The position numbers and the translations under genes are program-made. A stretch of DNA of 64,000 bases, taken from Minisyncoccota bacterium (GTDB taxonomy: Bacteria > Patescibacteriota > Minisyncoccia > Phycocordibacterales > CSBR16-193). Below, in pieces: positions 9,059 to 18,541 of this stretch. Below the pieces are notes generated by a model. It was not told where the DNA came from. It searched no databases and saw only the letters and a program-made list of their open reading frames with translations. The stretch lies in contig JBBDRA010000003.1 of NCBI GenBank assembly GCA_040905715.1, positions 7,075 to 71,074 of the forward strand, written 5' to 3'. Positions within the stretch are counted from its first letter, which is position 1. The number at the start of each line of letters is the position of its first letter.

Positions 9059-9247
9059 GCAGAGCTTGCTCCAACTGCACTCGCGAGTCATGCGAGAATG
9101 CAATCTTCGCCTTCGCTCGGATAAAGACGTGAGTGAACCCGCCTACCGGAAGGCAGCCCCCCCCACTTTATCCTCGTTTGCCGAAGATTGCGCTCTCGCG
9201 CGACCTCACTCGTTTGTTGCAGTAAGTGAAAAGGCGTAGAACAGTCT
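9059..9247 (+). promoter_or_regulatory. GC-rich, structured 190-nt intergenic region / 5' leader of the ECF sigma gene
   Basis: Multiple complementary GC-rich segments (gcgagtcatgcgag.., cgctctcgcgcgacctcactcg); no ORF. Confidence 0.3.
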
Positions 9248-9790
9248 ATGAATACAGACGACCAACAAAGAGCAAAAGAGCAGTTTCTCAAGGTGTACGA
9301 CGAGTACGCGGATGCTATTTTCAAGCATTGTTATTTTCGGGTATCTGATCGGGAACTGGCTAAAGACCTCATGCACGACACGTTCGCTCGTACTTGGAAA
9401 TCTATTACGAAAGGGAACGACATCAAGAATATGAGAGCATTTCTGTACCGTGTTGCACACAATCTTATTGTGGATTCGTATGGAAAGAAAAAAGAAATGT
9501 CGCTTGATCAGCAGCGTGATGAGAATGAGGAAAATACAAATCCGATCTTTGACCCGGCCGATACGGATGCGGTAGAGCGGATCGAGGGAAACGCTGAGCG
9601 TGACCGGGTGCGAGCGGCTGTTGACCAGCTTGACGAAAAATACCGAACTGCTGTTACGATGCGCTTCCTTGACCAGCTGTCACCTACCGAGATCGCCCGT
9701 ATAACCGGAGAGTCAGAGAATGTGATATCCGTTCGTGTTAATCGAGGGCTCGGACAGCTGCGTACACTTTTAGGCATCGAAAAAATATAG
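9248..9790 (+). CDS. ECF-type RNA polymerase sigma factor (sigma-70 regions 2 and 4)
   Basis: Region 2 (FLKVYDEYADAIFKHCYFRV..DLMHDTFARTW) and region 4 HTH (LSPTEIARITGESENVISVRVNRGL). Confidence 0.8.
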   Translation: MNTDDQQRAKEQFLKVYDEYADAIFKHCYFRVSDRELAKDLMHDTFARTWKSITKGNDIKNMRAFLYRVAHNLIVDSYGKKKEMSLDQQRDENEENTNPIFDPADTDAVERIEGNAERDRVRAAVDQLDEKYRTAVTMRFLDQLSPTEIARITGESENVISVRVNRGLGQLRTLLGIEKI

Positions 9791-9801
9791 ATTTATTTAT
9801 C

Positions 9802-11412
9802 ATGGATAACCTTATTAAAACAATCAAAGATCTGTTTCAGCGCACGGCGCCGACTCTCTCAAAAGATGAGAAAGAGTCAATTCGAAACATGCTTTCTGAG
9901 ACCATTGATCTGTCTCCTGTAAGTTCCGCTCAAGCGAAGCGTCTTGATGATGTGAGCCGTTCAGCATATAAAACACGAACAGTTCGATCATTATTCGTAG
10001 CCTACATACGACCTATGCCAGCACTAGCAGTAGCTCTTGCGCTGATCCTTACCGGTGGAACATCAGTAGCTGCCCAGCAGTCACTTCCGGGCGACGTCCT
10101 CTACCCGGTTAAGACAAATGTAAACGAAGAGATCGCCGGTTGGTTCTCCGTCTCGGCCGAAGCTGACGCAAAGCGCGCATCAATGCTCGCCGAGCGACGC
10201 TTGCAGGAAGCTGAGCAGGTTGCTGTAATTGATAGTGAATTAAGCACAGAGACCCGATCGGGTATTTCGGTCGCTTTTGCGAAGCAGGTAGAACGATACC
10301 AGCAAGAACTTGAGCAGATCGAGGATGAAGAGACAACGGTTGAAATACGCTCAGGCTTTGAGGCTGCGCTTGAGTCTCACGATCGGGTTTTAGCCCGACT
10401 GGAAAGTACGGGACGAGATGTTGCTCAGCTACGAGCTGATGTTGCATCAGTGATGCCGGTACGGGTCGCGGCGTCACTAGGCGCAGAGGCCGCAACTGAA
10501 AGCACAGAAAACAAAAGCGAAATGAGTACAATGAGTACAATGCGTGCCGAAAGCGACGCTGACCAGGCGGTGAGTGATGGTGTCGACGTTAAAACCAGCT
10601 CTCGAGCCGGTTCAGAGGCCGGCTTTGAGGCTCGGGCACGAGGCAAAATAAAAGCTGCGGCTAACGTTATCGCTTCTGCCGAAAGCACCCTGAAGCGAGT
10701 AAATGGATCAAGGGATGATGTAGAAGCTGAAGCCAAAACCCGACTAAAGGAAGCCCGGGAGCTTTTTCTTGAAGCACGGGGTGGTCTCGATGGCGGTGAA
10801 TATCGAAAAGCCTTTCATGTCGCCGAGTCAGCTCTTCGTGCAGCAAACGATGCGCGAACCTCCTTTGAGTTAACAAAGCTCGGACTGTCGGTCTCTGTTG
10901 GGAATGGATCGTCCGGATCATCTGCGGGACAAGGAGCAGGTGGTGGTGTTGAACAAGATTGGGTAGAAGGATTTATTTTTGCTATCTCTGAGAATAGGAT
11001 TTTAGTGGCCGAGAGCTTGGCTTCGGGAGTAAAGGAGTATACCGGAGAGTTGGGTGAACTTCGTGGCACCGCTGTTTGGTATGCTGTTTCGAGCGATACA
11101 GAAATAACAGATCAGGACGGAAGAGAGATGACTTTTGTGGATCTCGATACCCATGTGGGTGTAGAAGTGTACTCAAGCGGACCAATGGCTGAATCGTATC
11201 CTGCCCAGGGCGGGGCTGACCGGATCGTTGTAACCGATGAACAGTATAAGGTTCAAAGCAATGCTAATTTGCCTGAGGTATCGCCGTATGAGCAAGGGCT
11301 GGAGAGTGAGGCCGGCGTAAATGCGGGCGTTGAGGGCGAATCTTCTGAAGGTAGTGGGGTTGATCTTTCAACTGAGGTTGAGGTAGACGTTCGACTCGAT
11401 ACCTCACTTTAA
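9802..11412 (+). CDS. Putative anti-sigma factor / DUF5667-like membrane protein with a long coiled-coil ectodomain
   Basis: Follows the ECF sigma by 11 bp; single TM (ALAVALALILTGG); Ala/Glu/Arg-rich helical repeats; acidic C-terminus. Confidence 0.55.
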   Translation: MDNLIKTIKDLFQRTAPTLSKDEKESIRNMLSETIDLSPVSSAQAKRLDDVSRSAYKTRTVRSLFVAYIRPMPALAVALALILTGGTSVAAQQSLPGDVLYPVKTNVNEEIAGWFSVSAEADAKRASMLAERRLQEAEQVAVIDSELSTETRSGISVAFAKQVERYQQELEQIEDEETTVEIRSGFEAALESHDRVLARLESTGRDVAQLRADVASVMPVRVAASLGAEAATESTENKSEMSTMSTMRAESDADQAVSDGVDVKTSSRAGSEAGFEARARGKIKAAANVIASAESTLKRVNGSRDDVEAEAKTRLKEARELFLEARGGLDGGEYRKAFHVAESALRAANDARTSFELTKLGLSVSVGNGSSGSSAGQGAGGGVEQDWVEGFIFAISENRILVAESLASGVKEYTGELGELRGTAVWYAVSSDTEITDQDGREMTFVDLDTHVGVEVYSSGPMAESYPAQGGADRIVVTDEQYKVQSNANLPEVSPYEQGLESEAGVNAGVEGESSEGSGVDLSTEVEVDVRLDTSL

Positions 11413-11476
11413 GATCTCGGCTCTAAGTAGACGGTAAAGAGGCCGAAAATTGTGAGGAACATCTTTTTCCTCTACA

Positions 11477-12376
11477 ATGATACTTATGGTAAAAATTCTA
11501 GACGGAAAAAAAGTTCGCGATGAGCGCAAAGCAAAACTTACAGAGCTGGTCTCGCTATTTAACGATACGCCCACGTTAGTTATTCTTCAGGTGGGAAGTC
11601 GTGCGGACTCAACCGCGTACATCGAGCAGAAGAAAAAATTCGGCGCCGAGATAGGTGTTGCCGTTGAGGTTCGTCAGTTCCCTGAGGATGTGCAGGAAAG
11701 TGATCTGATCGACGCAATAGAAGAAGCAAATAAGGATACGAGCACGCACGGTATTATCGTACAGTTGCCGTTGCCGGACCGTTTAGACACCTCTTCGGTC
11801 ATTGAGGCGATCGAACCGAACAAGGATGTGGACGGTCTGACGGCGGTGAACGTAAAGAAACTGCAGGCGGGAGACGGCTCCGGTTTTACGCCTGCCACAG
11901 CAAAGGGGATCGGCTCACTTCTGGATGCGTACGATATTGATCTTGCTGGTAAGCGGGTAGTAGTAGTTGGCCGGTCAGCGCTTGTGGGTAAGCCAACAGC
12001 TTCTGTAATGCTCGTTCGCGACGCGACAGTGACGATCGCTCACAGCAAAACCACTGACCTTGCTCAGGTTACCCGGCAAGCAGATGTGCTGATCGTGGCG
12101 ACCGGTCGGCCGAAACTGATCGGCGCGGAGCATGTGCGAGAAGGGCAGACGGTAATTGATGTCGGTATTAACCTAAACACCGGGGAAAGTCTGGAAGAAG
12201 AAATAGCTCTTCAGACCGGGTCAGGCAAAAAATTTATTGGTGACGTGGACTTTGAGGCGGTCGAAGGGATCGTGTCCGCGATCTCGCCGGTACCCGGCGG
12301 TGTTGGTCCGATGACCGTGCTTTCATTATTTGAAAATTGCATCAAAGCATATCAAAAGCAGGTCGAGGAAAGATAA
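11477..12376 (+). CDS. folD: Bifunctional methylenetetrahydrofolate dehydrogenase / methenyl-THF cyclohydrolase
   Basis: Conserved FolD layout: YxxxK region, GRSxxVGKP, PVPGGVGPMT. Confidence 0.85.
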   Translation: MILMVKILDGKKVRDERKAKLTELVSLFNDTPTLVILQVGSRADSTAYIEQKKKFGAEIGVAVEVRQFPEDVQESDLIDAIEEANKDTSTHGIIVQLPLPDRLDTSSVIEAIEPNKDVDGLTAVNVKKLQAGDGSGFTPATAKGIGSLLDAYDIDLAGKRVVVVGRSALVGKPTASVMLVRDATVTIAHSKTTDLAQVTRQADVLIVATGRPKLIGAEHVREGQTVIDVGINLNTGESLEEEIALQTGSGKKFIGDVDFEAVEGIVSAISPVPGGVGPMTVLSLFENCIKAYQKQVEER

Positions 12377-12408
12377 GTAATTATTAAAGAGGTAAGAAGT
12401 AACAGAAT

Positions 12409-13230
12409 ATGGAACAGAATACTACGCAAAGTGATTCAATGCTGAAAGAAAAGACAAAGCTATTTAAGATAGGATCAGTCGTGTTATTGGTCCTTGCCTT
12501 TTTCATTGCGATTCAAGCAGTGAATTCGATCCGTGAATTTTGGCATATCGGAAGTGAGATCGAGCCGCAGGCGACGATCAGTGTTTCGGGTGAAGGTGAG
12601 GTGTTTGCAGTACCGGATACAGCTCGGGTTTCGTTCAGTGTGATCGAGACAGCAGAGACAACAGAGGGAGCACAAAGCGCCGCGTCAGAGCGTATCAGTG
12701 AAGTGCTGGCCGCTCTTGCAGATCTTGATATCGATGAAAATGATATCAAGACGCAGAACTATACACTTAATCCACGATACGAATACTCGCGTACTGCGTG
12801 TGAAGCAGGACAGTTGTGTCCGCCGGAAGGCAGGCAGATACTTGTTGGCTACGAGCTTCGCCAAACGATCGAGGTAAAGGTTGAGGATCGGGAGCGAGCA
12901 AGCGATGTGGTTCAGATCCTTGGAGACACTGGAGTTCAACAGATCAGCAATGTTCAGTTGACGATCGATGATGAAGACGCGGTGAATGCAGAGGCGCGTG
13001 CCGAAGCTATCGCTGACGCAAAAGCAAAAGCTCAGGAGCTTGCGAGTGATCTTGGTGTGCGGTTGGTTCGCGTGATTCGCTTTGAGGAATCAGGGCAGCC
13101 ATATCCGTATGCGCGCATGGAATCCGTACAGATGGCTTTTAATGGAGATGACGCTGTCGCTTCGCCACAGTTGCCTGCCGGAGAGAATCGGATAGTCTCA
13201 AATGTGAATATTACGTACGAGATACGGTAA
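12409..13230 (+). CDS. SIMPL-domain (DUF541) periplasmic/membrane-anchored protein
   Basis: N-terminal TM, SIMPL signature (ISVSGEG..V.PD.A..SFSV, NPRYEY), 273 aa. Confidence 0.65.
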   Translation: MEQNTTQSDSMLKEKTKLFKIGSVVLLVLAFFIAIQAVNSIREFWHIGSEIEPQATISVSGEGEVFAVPDTARVSFSVIETAETTEGAQSAASERISEVLAALADLDIDENDIKTQNYTLNPRYEYSRTACEAGQLCPPEGRQILVGYELRQTIEVKVEDRERASDVVQILGDTGVQQISNVQLTIDDEDAVNAEARAEAIADAKAKAQELASDLGVRLVRVIRFEESGQPYPYARMESVQMAFNGDDAVASPQLPAGENRIVSNVNITYEIR

Positions 13231-13266
13231 ATTCCGTAGTGGTTTACAGTAGGAGGGAGTTAAGAA

Positions 13267-13296
13267 ACACCGCCCCGCAAAATGGGGCGGTGTTTT
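13267..13296 (+). terminator. Rho-independent terminator
   Basis: acaccgccccgcaaaatggggcggtgtttt. Confidence 0.85.
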
Positions 13297-13421
13297 CTGT
13301 GCCTGAGCTGATATCCGATATCACTCAGGTGTTTTTGGCTACTATTGACACTAAACCCAAAAAGAGTATTATGATATTTAACGACGCCCCGGGAGGGGTT
13401 TTTTATTAGGCAAATCAACTT

Positions 13422-13613
13422 ATGAATTACGTTACTCAATTCATCAATTACGTGAAAGACACACAGGGAGAAATGCTGCACGTCAGCTGGCCAACGCGTC
13501 GCCAGGCGATCATCTATACGGTTATTGTGATCGCTATATCGCTTGCAATCGCTCTGTTCCTTGGCTTTTTTGACTGGATATTCTCAGTGGGATTAAACAC
13601 GTTTGTACTGTAA
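13422..13613 (+). CDS. secE: Preprotein translocase subunit SecE
   Basis: 63 aa, single C-terminal TM, immediately upstream of nusG (conserved secE-nusG-rplK order). Confidence 0.75.
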   Translation: MNYVTQFINYVKDTQGEMLHVSWPTRRQAIIYTVIVIAISLAIALFLGFFDWIFSVGLNTFVL

Positions 13614-13635
13614 CGAGTCACCTTCATTCTTTATT

Positions 13636-14187
13636 ATGGTTCAACAGAAACAACAAGTTAATCAGGGACGCAACTGGTATGTCGTGCACACGTACGCCGG
13701 TTACGAGGATGCTGTGCGCCGAAACCTTAAGCAACGCATCGAGTCGCTTGGTATGACCGATCGGATCTTTGATGTGGTCGTGCCGACTGAAAAGAAGATC
13801 AAGATCAAGGGAGGCAAGCGTATTGAAGAAGAAGAAAAGATCTATCCCGGCTATATCCTCGTGAACATGATCGTGACTGATGAGTCGTGGTATGTGGTAC
13901 GAAACACTCCTCGCGTGACCGGATTTGTTGGGGCCGGTGTGTTTCCGGTTCCGGTTGATCAGGCAGAGATCGATGGCCTTTTTGCTCGTATGAATGCTGA
14001 CACAAGCTCTCACGAGATCGACTTGAGTGTCGGTGAGCTGGTATCGATCGTGGACGGTCCGTTCAAAGAGCTTGAAGGGAAGGTAAGCGAGGTGGATCAC
14101 GAGCGAGGCAAGGTGAAAGTGCTTGTCTCGATGTTCGGTCGCGAGACGCCGGTTGAACTTGATTTCTTGCAGGTGAAGAAAACCTAA
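13636..14187 (+). CDS. nusG: Transcription termination/antitermination factor NusG
   Basis: NGN domain ([11 protein letters not shown]) and KOW domain ([18 protein letters not shown]); alternative TTG start at 13603 is less likely. Confidence 0.85.
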   Translation: MVQQKQQVNQGRNWYVVHTYAGYEDAVRRNLKQRIESLGMTDRIFDVVVPTEKKIKIKGGKRIEEEEKIYPGYILVNMIVTDESWYVVRNTPRVTGFVGAGVFPVPVDQAEIDGLFARMNADTSSHEIDLSVGELVSIVDGPFKELEGKVSEVDHERGKVKVLVSMFGRETPVELDFLQVKKT

Positions 14188-14241
14188 TCGATTGACTAAT
14201 CCACTTTAATTCTATAAGCTACAACGTACTAAGCTAATTGT

Positions 14242-14664
14242 ATGGCAAAAGAAGTCCAGAAAAAACTAAAACTCCAGGTTCCTGCCGCAAAGGCAACGCC
14301 TGCACCTCCGATCGGACCGGCTCTCGGTCAGGCCGGTATTAATATTGGTGAATTCGTTACTCGATTTAACGAAGGAACTGCTCAGATGGCCGGTGATATC
14401 ATTCCGGTTGAGGTTCTCGTGTACGAAGATAAGAGTTTTGACCTCGTCTACAAGACTCCGCCGGCTTCCCGTCTTATTCTAAAGGCTATCGGCAAGGATA
14501 AAGGAGCTGCAAATCCGCTTACTACAAAAGTCGGAACCATCACTAAGGCTCAGATCAAAGAGATCGCCGAGCGAAAAATGGCCGACTTGAACGCTCACGA
14601 TCTTGATCAGGCTTCCAAGATCATCGCGGGAACCGCTCGCTCAATGGGTGTTGAAGTAAAATAA
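14242..14664 (+). CDS. rplK: 50S ribosomal protein L11
   Basis: [22 protein letters not shown]... canonical L11 N-terminal domain; 140 aa. Confidence 0.9.
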   Translation: MAKEVQKKLKLQVPAAKATPAPPIGPALGQAGINIGEFVTRFNEGTAQMAGDIIPVEVLVYEDKSFDLVYKTPPASRLILKAIGKDKGAANPLTTKVGTITKAQIKEIAERKMADLNAHDLDQASKIIAGTARSMGVEVK

Positions 14665-14691
14665 AAGCCGGTTAGAGCGTTTAATGATACT

Positions 14692-14730
14692 AAACCCGTC
14701 ACGTACAAGTGACGGGTTTAGTGTTTTATT
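14692..14730 (+). terminator. Rho-independent terminator directly after rplK (no rplA follows)
   Basis: aaacccgtcacgtacaagtgacgggttt + T-run. Confidence 0.85.
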
Positions 14731-14818
14731 ATGTTGCCGGCTATTGCTATACCTGGTAAACTCGTTTTGGTTTGTACACTGTGCTCGAAACGAAAGACAA
14801 ATAAAAAAGGAGACTCTG

Positions 14819-15571
14819 ATGAAAGAGAATACACGATCGCGTACAACTCGTATTGCTGAGGTTCTTCAGTTCGTGTCGGTGTCCTATCCGGTGTTTGCCA
14901 TGAGCGTGATCCTCTACGGGGTACTGCGGTTGACGGGCAGGATCCGGATCCGGTATCCCGAGCGATGGCCTCGAGGAAAAGGGAGGGTGATCATTGCTCC
15001 TAACCATCCTTCGCTCTGGGAGCCGATGCTGCTCATGCTTCTGTTTCCTTGGGAGGGGTTGCGCCATCCGCGTACTCGCATTCCTTGGAGTACTCCGGAT
15101 AAAGGGAATTATGATCGGTGGTACTGGGCTCTGTTTCGACAACGGTTTATTTTCGTGCCGAGAGGTAAGCGGAAAGGCGAGCTGAAAGCTCTTAGTGCGA
15201 TCATTCAGAAGCTCAAAGTGGGCGCACGCGTTATTATGTTCGGCGAAGGAGGTCGCACAGCCCGAGGGGCTACATTTTGTTGGTCTCAAAACAAGGCAGG
15301 GCGAGTTCGTACTTTACAACACGGCTTGTCGCGTGCCGCCTGTGACTCCGGCGCAACGATTGTGCCTATCTGGATCTCTGGGGCAGAAAAGGTGCTTCCG
15401 GTCGGGTGCGGTGTGCCGCGTATGTGGCGGTGCGTCACAATAACTATCGGAGAACCGTATACGGTCGAGCGCGTCTCTTCTAAAGATCCCCAACGTAAAG
15501 ATCGAGTAGTTGCCGAGACAGAAAAGCTTACGACAGCGCTTCTTGAGTTGGCTGACGAGCAGGACGAGTAA
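14819..15571 (+). CDS. plsC: Lysophospholipid (1-acyl-sn-glycerol-3-phosphate) acyltransferase family protein
   Basis: Strong RBS AAGGAG before ATG 14819; NHPSLWEP (H-x4-E variant of H-x4-D) and FGEGGRT motifs; N-terminal TM. Confidence 0.6.
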   Translation: MKENTRSRTTRIAEVLQFVSVSYPVFAMSVILYGVLRLTGRIRIRYPERWPRGKGRVIIAPNHPSLWEPMLLMLLFPWEGLRHPRTRIPWSTPDKGNYDRWYWALFRQRFIFVPRGKRKGELKALSAIIQKLKVGARVIMFGEGGRTARGATFCWSQNKAGRVRTLQHGLSRAACDSGATIVPIWISGAEKVLPVGCGVPRMWRCVTITIGEPYTVERVSSKDPQRKDRVVAETEKLTTALLELADEQDE

Positions 15572-15605
15572 AGGGTGCACCACGAGCGTGCACCCTTTTT
15601 TTCTT
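15571..15605 (+). terminator. Rho-independent terminator
   Basis: aagggtgcaccacgagcgtgcaccctttttttc. Confidence 0.85.
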
Positions 15606-15642
15606 TTCTTTTCATACCGTGTTCTTTGTACGGTTTTAAAAA

Positions 15643-15675
15643 TGCCGTCCGGGGATACCGGACGGCGGGTTTGGT
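15643..15675. terminator. Second hairpin; the strand it terminates is ambiguous (probably the minus-strand small gene)
   Basis: gccgtccggggataccggacggc flanked by aaaaat / gggtttggttt. Confidence 0.5.
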
Positions 15676-15686
15676 TTAGAGTTAGT

Positions 15687-15941
15687 TTAAATGACGTGTG
15701 CTTCCACGGAAAGTCGCAAGATCTCTGCATCTTGGCGAGATTCTTCCCGGAGCACTTCATCTCCGGCGTCGATCAGCTCATCGAGATTGTCGACCGGCAG
15801 ATTACCGCCGTTCTCCCTCTTTCTTAATTCTGTTTCCGAGACACAGTCGCCATCATTTCGCTCGACTTCTCGGATGAGTCTTTGGCGTAGAACGCGGCGT
15901 TGCCGTCGGCGCGCTCGAACCTTCATTTCTCGAACTGTCAT
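15687..15941 (-). CDS. Hypothetical small Arg-rich protein (84 aa)
   Basis: ATG (MTVREMKV..) preceded by GAGGAGG RBS on the minus strand; hairpin terminator downstream; no family recognised. Confidence 0.4.
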   Translation of the reverse strand: MTVREMKVRARRRQRRVLRQRLIREVERNDGDCVSETELRKRENGGNLPVDNLDELIDAGDEVLREESRQDAEILRLSVEAHVI

Positions 15942-16097
15942 AGCGAACCTCCTCAAAAGGACGTGATATCAGAACTAATGTGAATAGTACCTATTTTTGC
16001 AAACGCGTCAACAATATCATGGCCACATTTTTTCAGGGTGTGGTATAACTGTATGGGATGTGGTTTATCGTAGAACGATCAAAAAAGGAGGTTCCTC

Positions 16098-16529
16098 GTG
16101 TCAAAACTAAAATTGTACGTTGGATGTTCTCTTACTCACGCACCGCAAGCGTACCGAGATCTGGTTGATTCAATGAAGCAGGATCTTGAGCAACAATTTG
16201 AAGTGCTCGGTTTTCTTGGTCTCACGCAAGGTTCGCCGGTAGATGTGTATCGTTGGGATATCGAGGGGTGCGTGGCCTCCGCCGATCTGTTTGTTGCAAT
16301 GTGCGATTACCCGTCAACCGGGTTAGGTCTTGAGATCGGCGCGGCGCTCTGGCGGTACGATGTTCCGACACTAGGGCTTGCCTCTGTTGAGAGCAAAGTT
16401 ACACGGATCATTCTTGGGGTTGGCGAAGAGGCAGATCAAGAGTTGTTCACCTTCCAGAGGTACAACGACCATCGGCATGCGGTGGAACTGGTGTTGCGTT
16501 TTGCCGACTCGCGCACTCAGTCCACATGA
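16098..16529 (+). CDS. Nucleoside 2-deoxyribosyltransferase-like / Rcl (dNMP N-glycosidase)-like protein
   Basis: GTG start after AAGGAGG; NDT-fold signature YPSTGLGLEIGAAL; 143 aa; extended -10 TGgTATAAC upstream. Confidence 0.55.
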   Translation: MSKLKLYVGCSLTHAPQAYRDLVDSMKQDLEQQFEVLGFLGLTQGSPVDVYRWDIEGCVASADLFVAMCDYPSTGLGLEIGAALWRYDVPTLGLASVESKVTRIILGVGEEADQELFTFQRYNDHRHAVELVLRFADSRTQST

Positions 16530-16548
16530 TGAAAATACTGTATACAGG

Positions 16549-16580
16549 TACCCCGTCACCATCCGTGGCGGGGTATTTCT
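16549..16580 (+). terminator. Rho-independent terminator
   Basis: accccgtcaccatccgtggcggggtatttctttg. Confidence 0.8.
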
Positions 16581-16609
16581 TTGTCATCAGCGATTCTTTT
16601 CGGTAGTAT

Positions 16610-17734
16610 ATGAATACTATGACCTCACACAAGAAAGGAGCGATCGCGTCGCAGACGATCGCAGAGTTGATACAGAGCGGGTTTATTATGGGTGCAACAG
16701 AAGATAATGTTCGTCCGGCGTCGCTCGATCTTTCTATCTCGGATGAGGTGTATTCAGTTGGAGGTGTGTTTCAGCCACGTCCGGGAGAAACAGTTCGAGA
16801 AGTACTGGAACTTATAGATAAAAAGAAGCACGACCTCAAAAGTCCACTCCAGCGCGAGCAGATGTATATCGCCCGTCTGAACGAAACGCTTGAACTCCCC
16901 GAGACTGTATATGCGTTCTGCAATCCTAAATCAACAACCGGTCGTCTCGATATCCATGTTCGCCTCATTGCCGATGGTGTGCCGCGGTACGATTCAGTAA
17001 CTCCCGGTGGCTGGAAAGGGGAGCTGTGGGTATCGATCGTTCCCAAAACATTTCCGATCAAAGTAGCACCGGGTCAGTCGCTGAACCAGCTTCGGTTTTT
17101 TAATGCTGATACGCGACTTGACCAGCTCGAGCTTGAAATGGCCATGAAGCGGGACAAGCTTCTGTGGAATCCGGAAAATAAAAAGCCGTATCTATATGAG
17201 GAGCTTTTGGTACGTGATAACGATGACTCTCTTATCCTCTCACTCGACGGTATGAATGACCTGATCGGCTACCGCGGTAGGATCGGCGACACACCGATCG
17301 ATCTTGCGAAGATCGGCGGATACGACCCAAAGGATTTCTTTGAACCGGTTAAAAAGGACAACGGCTATATTTATTTAAAGCAGAATGAGTTCTACATTCT
17401 CTCAACCAGAGAGGCGGTGAAGGTGCCGCCTACCTTGGCTTGCGAGATGGCGCCGATGGACGAGCGGAGCGGGGAATTCCGTTCTCATTATGCCGGATTT
17501 ATCGATCCGGGCTGGGGGTATGGAAAAGAGGGTGAGGGTAATGGCCGACCGCTGACGCTTGAGGTGCGACCATTTGAAGACTTGGTTGCCCGTGACGGTC
17601 AACCAATTGCTAAGATCCGTTTTGAGCGCGTGACCGAAACGCCTGACCAGAACTACGACCAGCTCGACTCAAACTATTCAGTTCAATCCGGTCCACGGCT
17701 CGCGAAGCAGTTTAAAGCACCTAAAAACAAGTAA
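16610..17734 (+). CDS. Long-form 2'-deoxycytidine-5'-triphosphate deaminase family protein (DCD, dUTPase-fold)
   Basis: 374 aa; size, composition and motif spacing recalled as consistent with the ~360-aa DCD family (PF06559); assignment from memory, needs HMM confirmation. Confidence 0.45.
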   Translation: MNTMTSHKKGAIASQTIAELIQSGFIMGATEDNVRPASLDLSISDEVYSVGGVFQPRPGETVREVLELIDKKKHDLKSPLQREQMYIARLNETLELPETVYAFCNPKSTTGRLDIHVRLIADGVPRYDSVTPGGWKGELWVSIVPKTFPIKVAPGQSLNQLRFFNADTRLDQLELEMAMKRDKLLWNPENKKPYLYEELLVRDNDDSLILSLDGMNDLIGYRGRIGDTPIDLAKIGGYDPKDFFEPVKKDNGYIYLKQNEFYILSTREAVKVPPTLACEMAPMDERSGEFRSHYAGFIDPGWGYGKEGEGNGRPLTLEVRPFEDLVARDGQPIAKIRFERVTETPDQNYDQLDSNYSVQSGPRLAKQFKAPKNK

Positions 17735-17946
17735 AAGAGACGGTTTAGAAGAGGGTGAGATGGGGTGTAAAAAACCGCCACGCTGAAAGCGTTGCGGTGT
17801 TGGATCTCATCCTGTTGTTGTACGGGTTCCGGAACTTCCTTGTCCGATGGCGACCTGGTCGGTTCAATGATCGGTCGATCATCAGGTCGGCTGTGAACAC
17901 AGCCAACCGTTATCGAGACCAGAAGAACAGCAAGAACGCATTTCAT
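17683..17946 (-). CDS. Possible small lipoprotein (MKCVLAVLLVSITVGC lipobox), convergent with the DCD gene and overlapping its 3' end
   Basis: Signal peptide plus Cys; overlap of ~50 nt with the opposite-strand gene lowers confidence. Confidence 0.3.
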   Translation of the reverse strand: MKCVLAVLLVSITVGCVHSRPDDRPIIEPTRSPSDKEVPEPVQQQDEIQHRNAFSVAVFYTPSHPLLNRLFYLFLGALNCFASRGPD

Positions 17947-18004
17947 AGAGCACCCTTTCCAGTGTAAATAGTAGTACAAAGCTGTTAGTACTATATATAA
18001 TTAT

Positions 18005-18517
18005 TTACCCCCTGTCAAGGGTAACCCACGCATAGCGAAGCCCGTCTTCCGTCGAGTGTTCTTCGCGATGTGCCTCTCGTGAAAATTCCTGTTCGTATTT
18101 AGGAAACCAGGTGTCACCTTCCTTGCTGGAATCGACCAGCGTTAGATATAAACGGTTGATGAATGGAAGTGCTTGCTCATAGATCTGCTGTCCGCCGATC
18201 ACAAATATTTCATCACTATCGAGTACGGAAGCTTGTTCAAGCGCGCCCTCAATCGAGTCAGCGATCTGAGCTCCTTGTGTATCGTAATCATTCCGGCGGG
18301 TAACAACAATGTTCGTGCGACCGGGAAGTGGTTTGCCAAGGATCGAGAGAATGGATTCAAACGTTTTTCGCCCCATTATCACCGGATGACCGCGAGTGAT
18401 CTCTTTAAAACGTTTTAGATCCTCAGGTATATGCCAAAGGAGTTGGTTGTCCTTGCCGATCACTCGCGTTCTTTCGCCGACTGCGGCGATCGCACTGATT
18501 CGTGGGTGTTTCTTCAT
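18005..18517 (-). CDS. folA: Dihydrofolate reductase
   Basis: ISAIAAVGERTRVIGKDNQLLWHIPEDLKRFKEITRGHPVIMGRKTFESI canonical DHFR N-terminus; 170 aa. Confidence 0.9.
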   Translation of the reverse strand: MKKHPRISAIAAVGERTRVIGKDNQLLWHIPEDLKRFKEITRGHPVIMGRKTFESILSILGKPLPGRTNIVVTRRNDYDTQGAQIADSIEGALEQASVLDSDEIFVIGGQQIYEQALPFINRLYLTLVDSSKEGDTWFPKYEQEFSREAHREEHSTEDGLRYAWVTLDRG

Positions 18518-18541
18518 ACGTTTTTTGATCTCTGGAACTAG

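Noticed and set aside
11477-11485. Alternative folD start (MVKILDGKK at 11486 instead of MILMVK at 11477)
   Set aside because: Neither start has a clear Shine-Dalgarno, so the choice cannot be resolved from sequence. The longer form is kept.
14684-14818. Upstream extension of the acyltransferase ORF (MILNPSRTSDGF...)
   Set aside because: The extension runs through the rplK terminator hairpin, whereas a strong AAGGAG RBS precedes the ATG at 14819.
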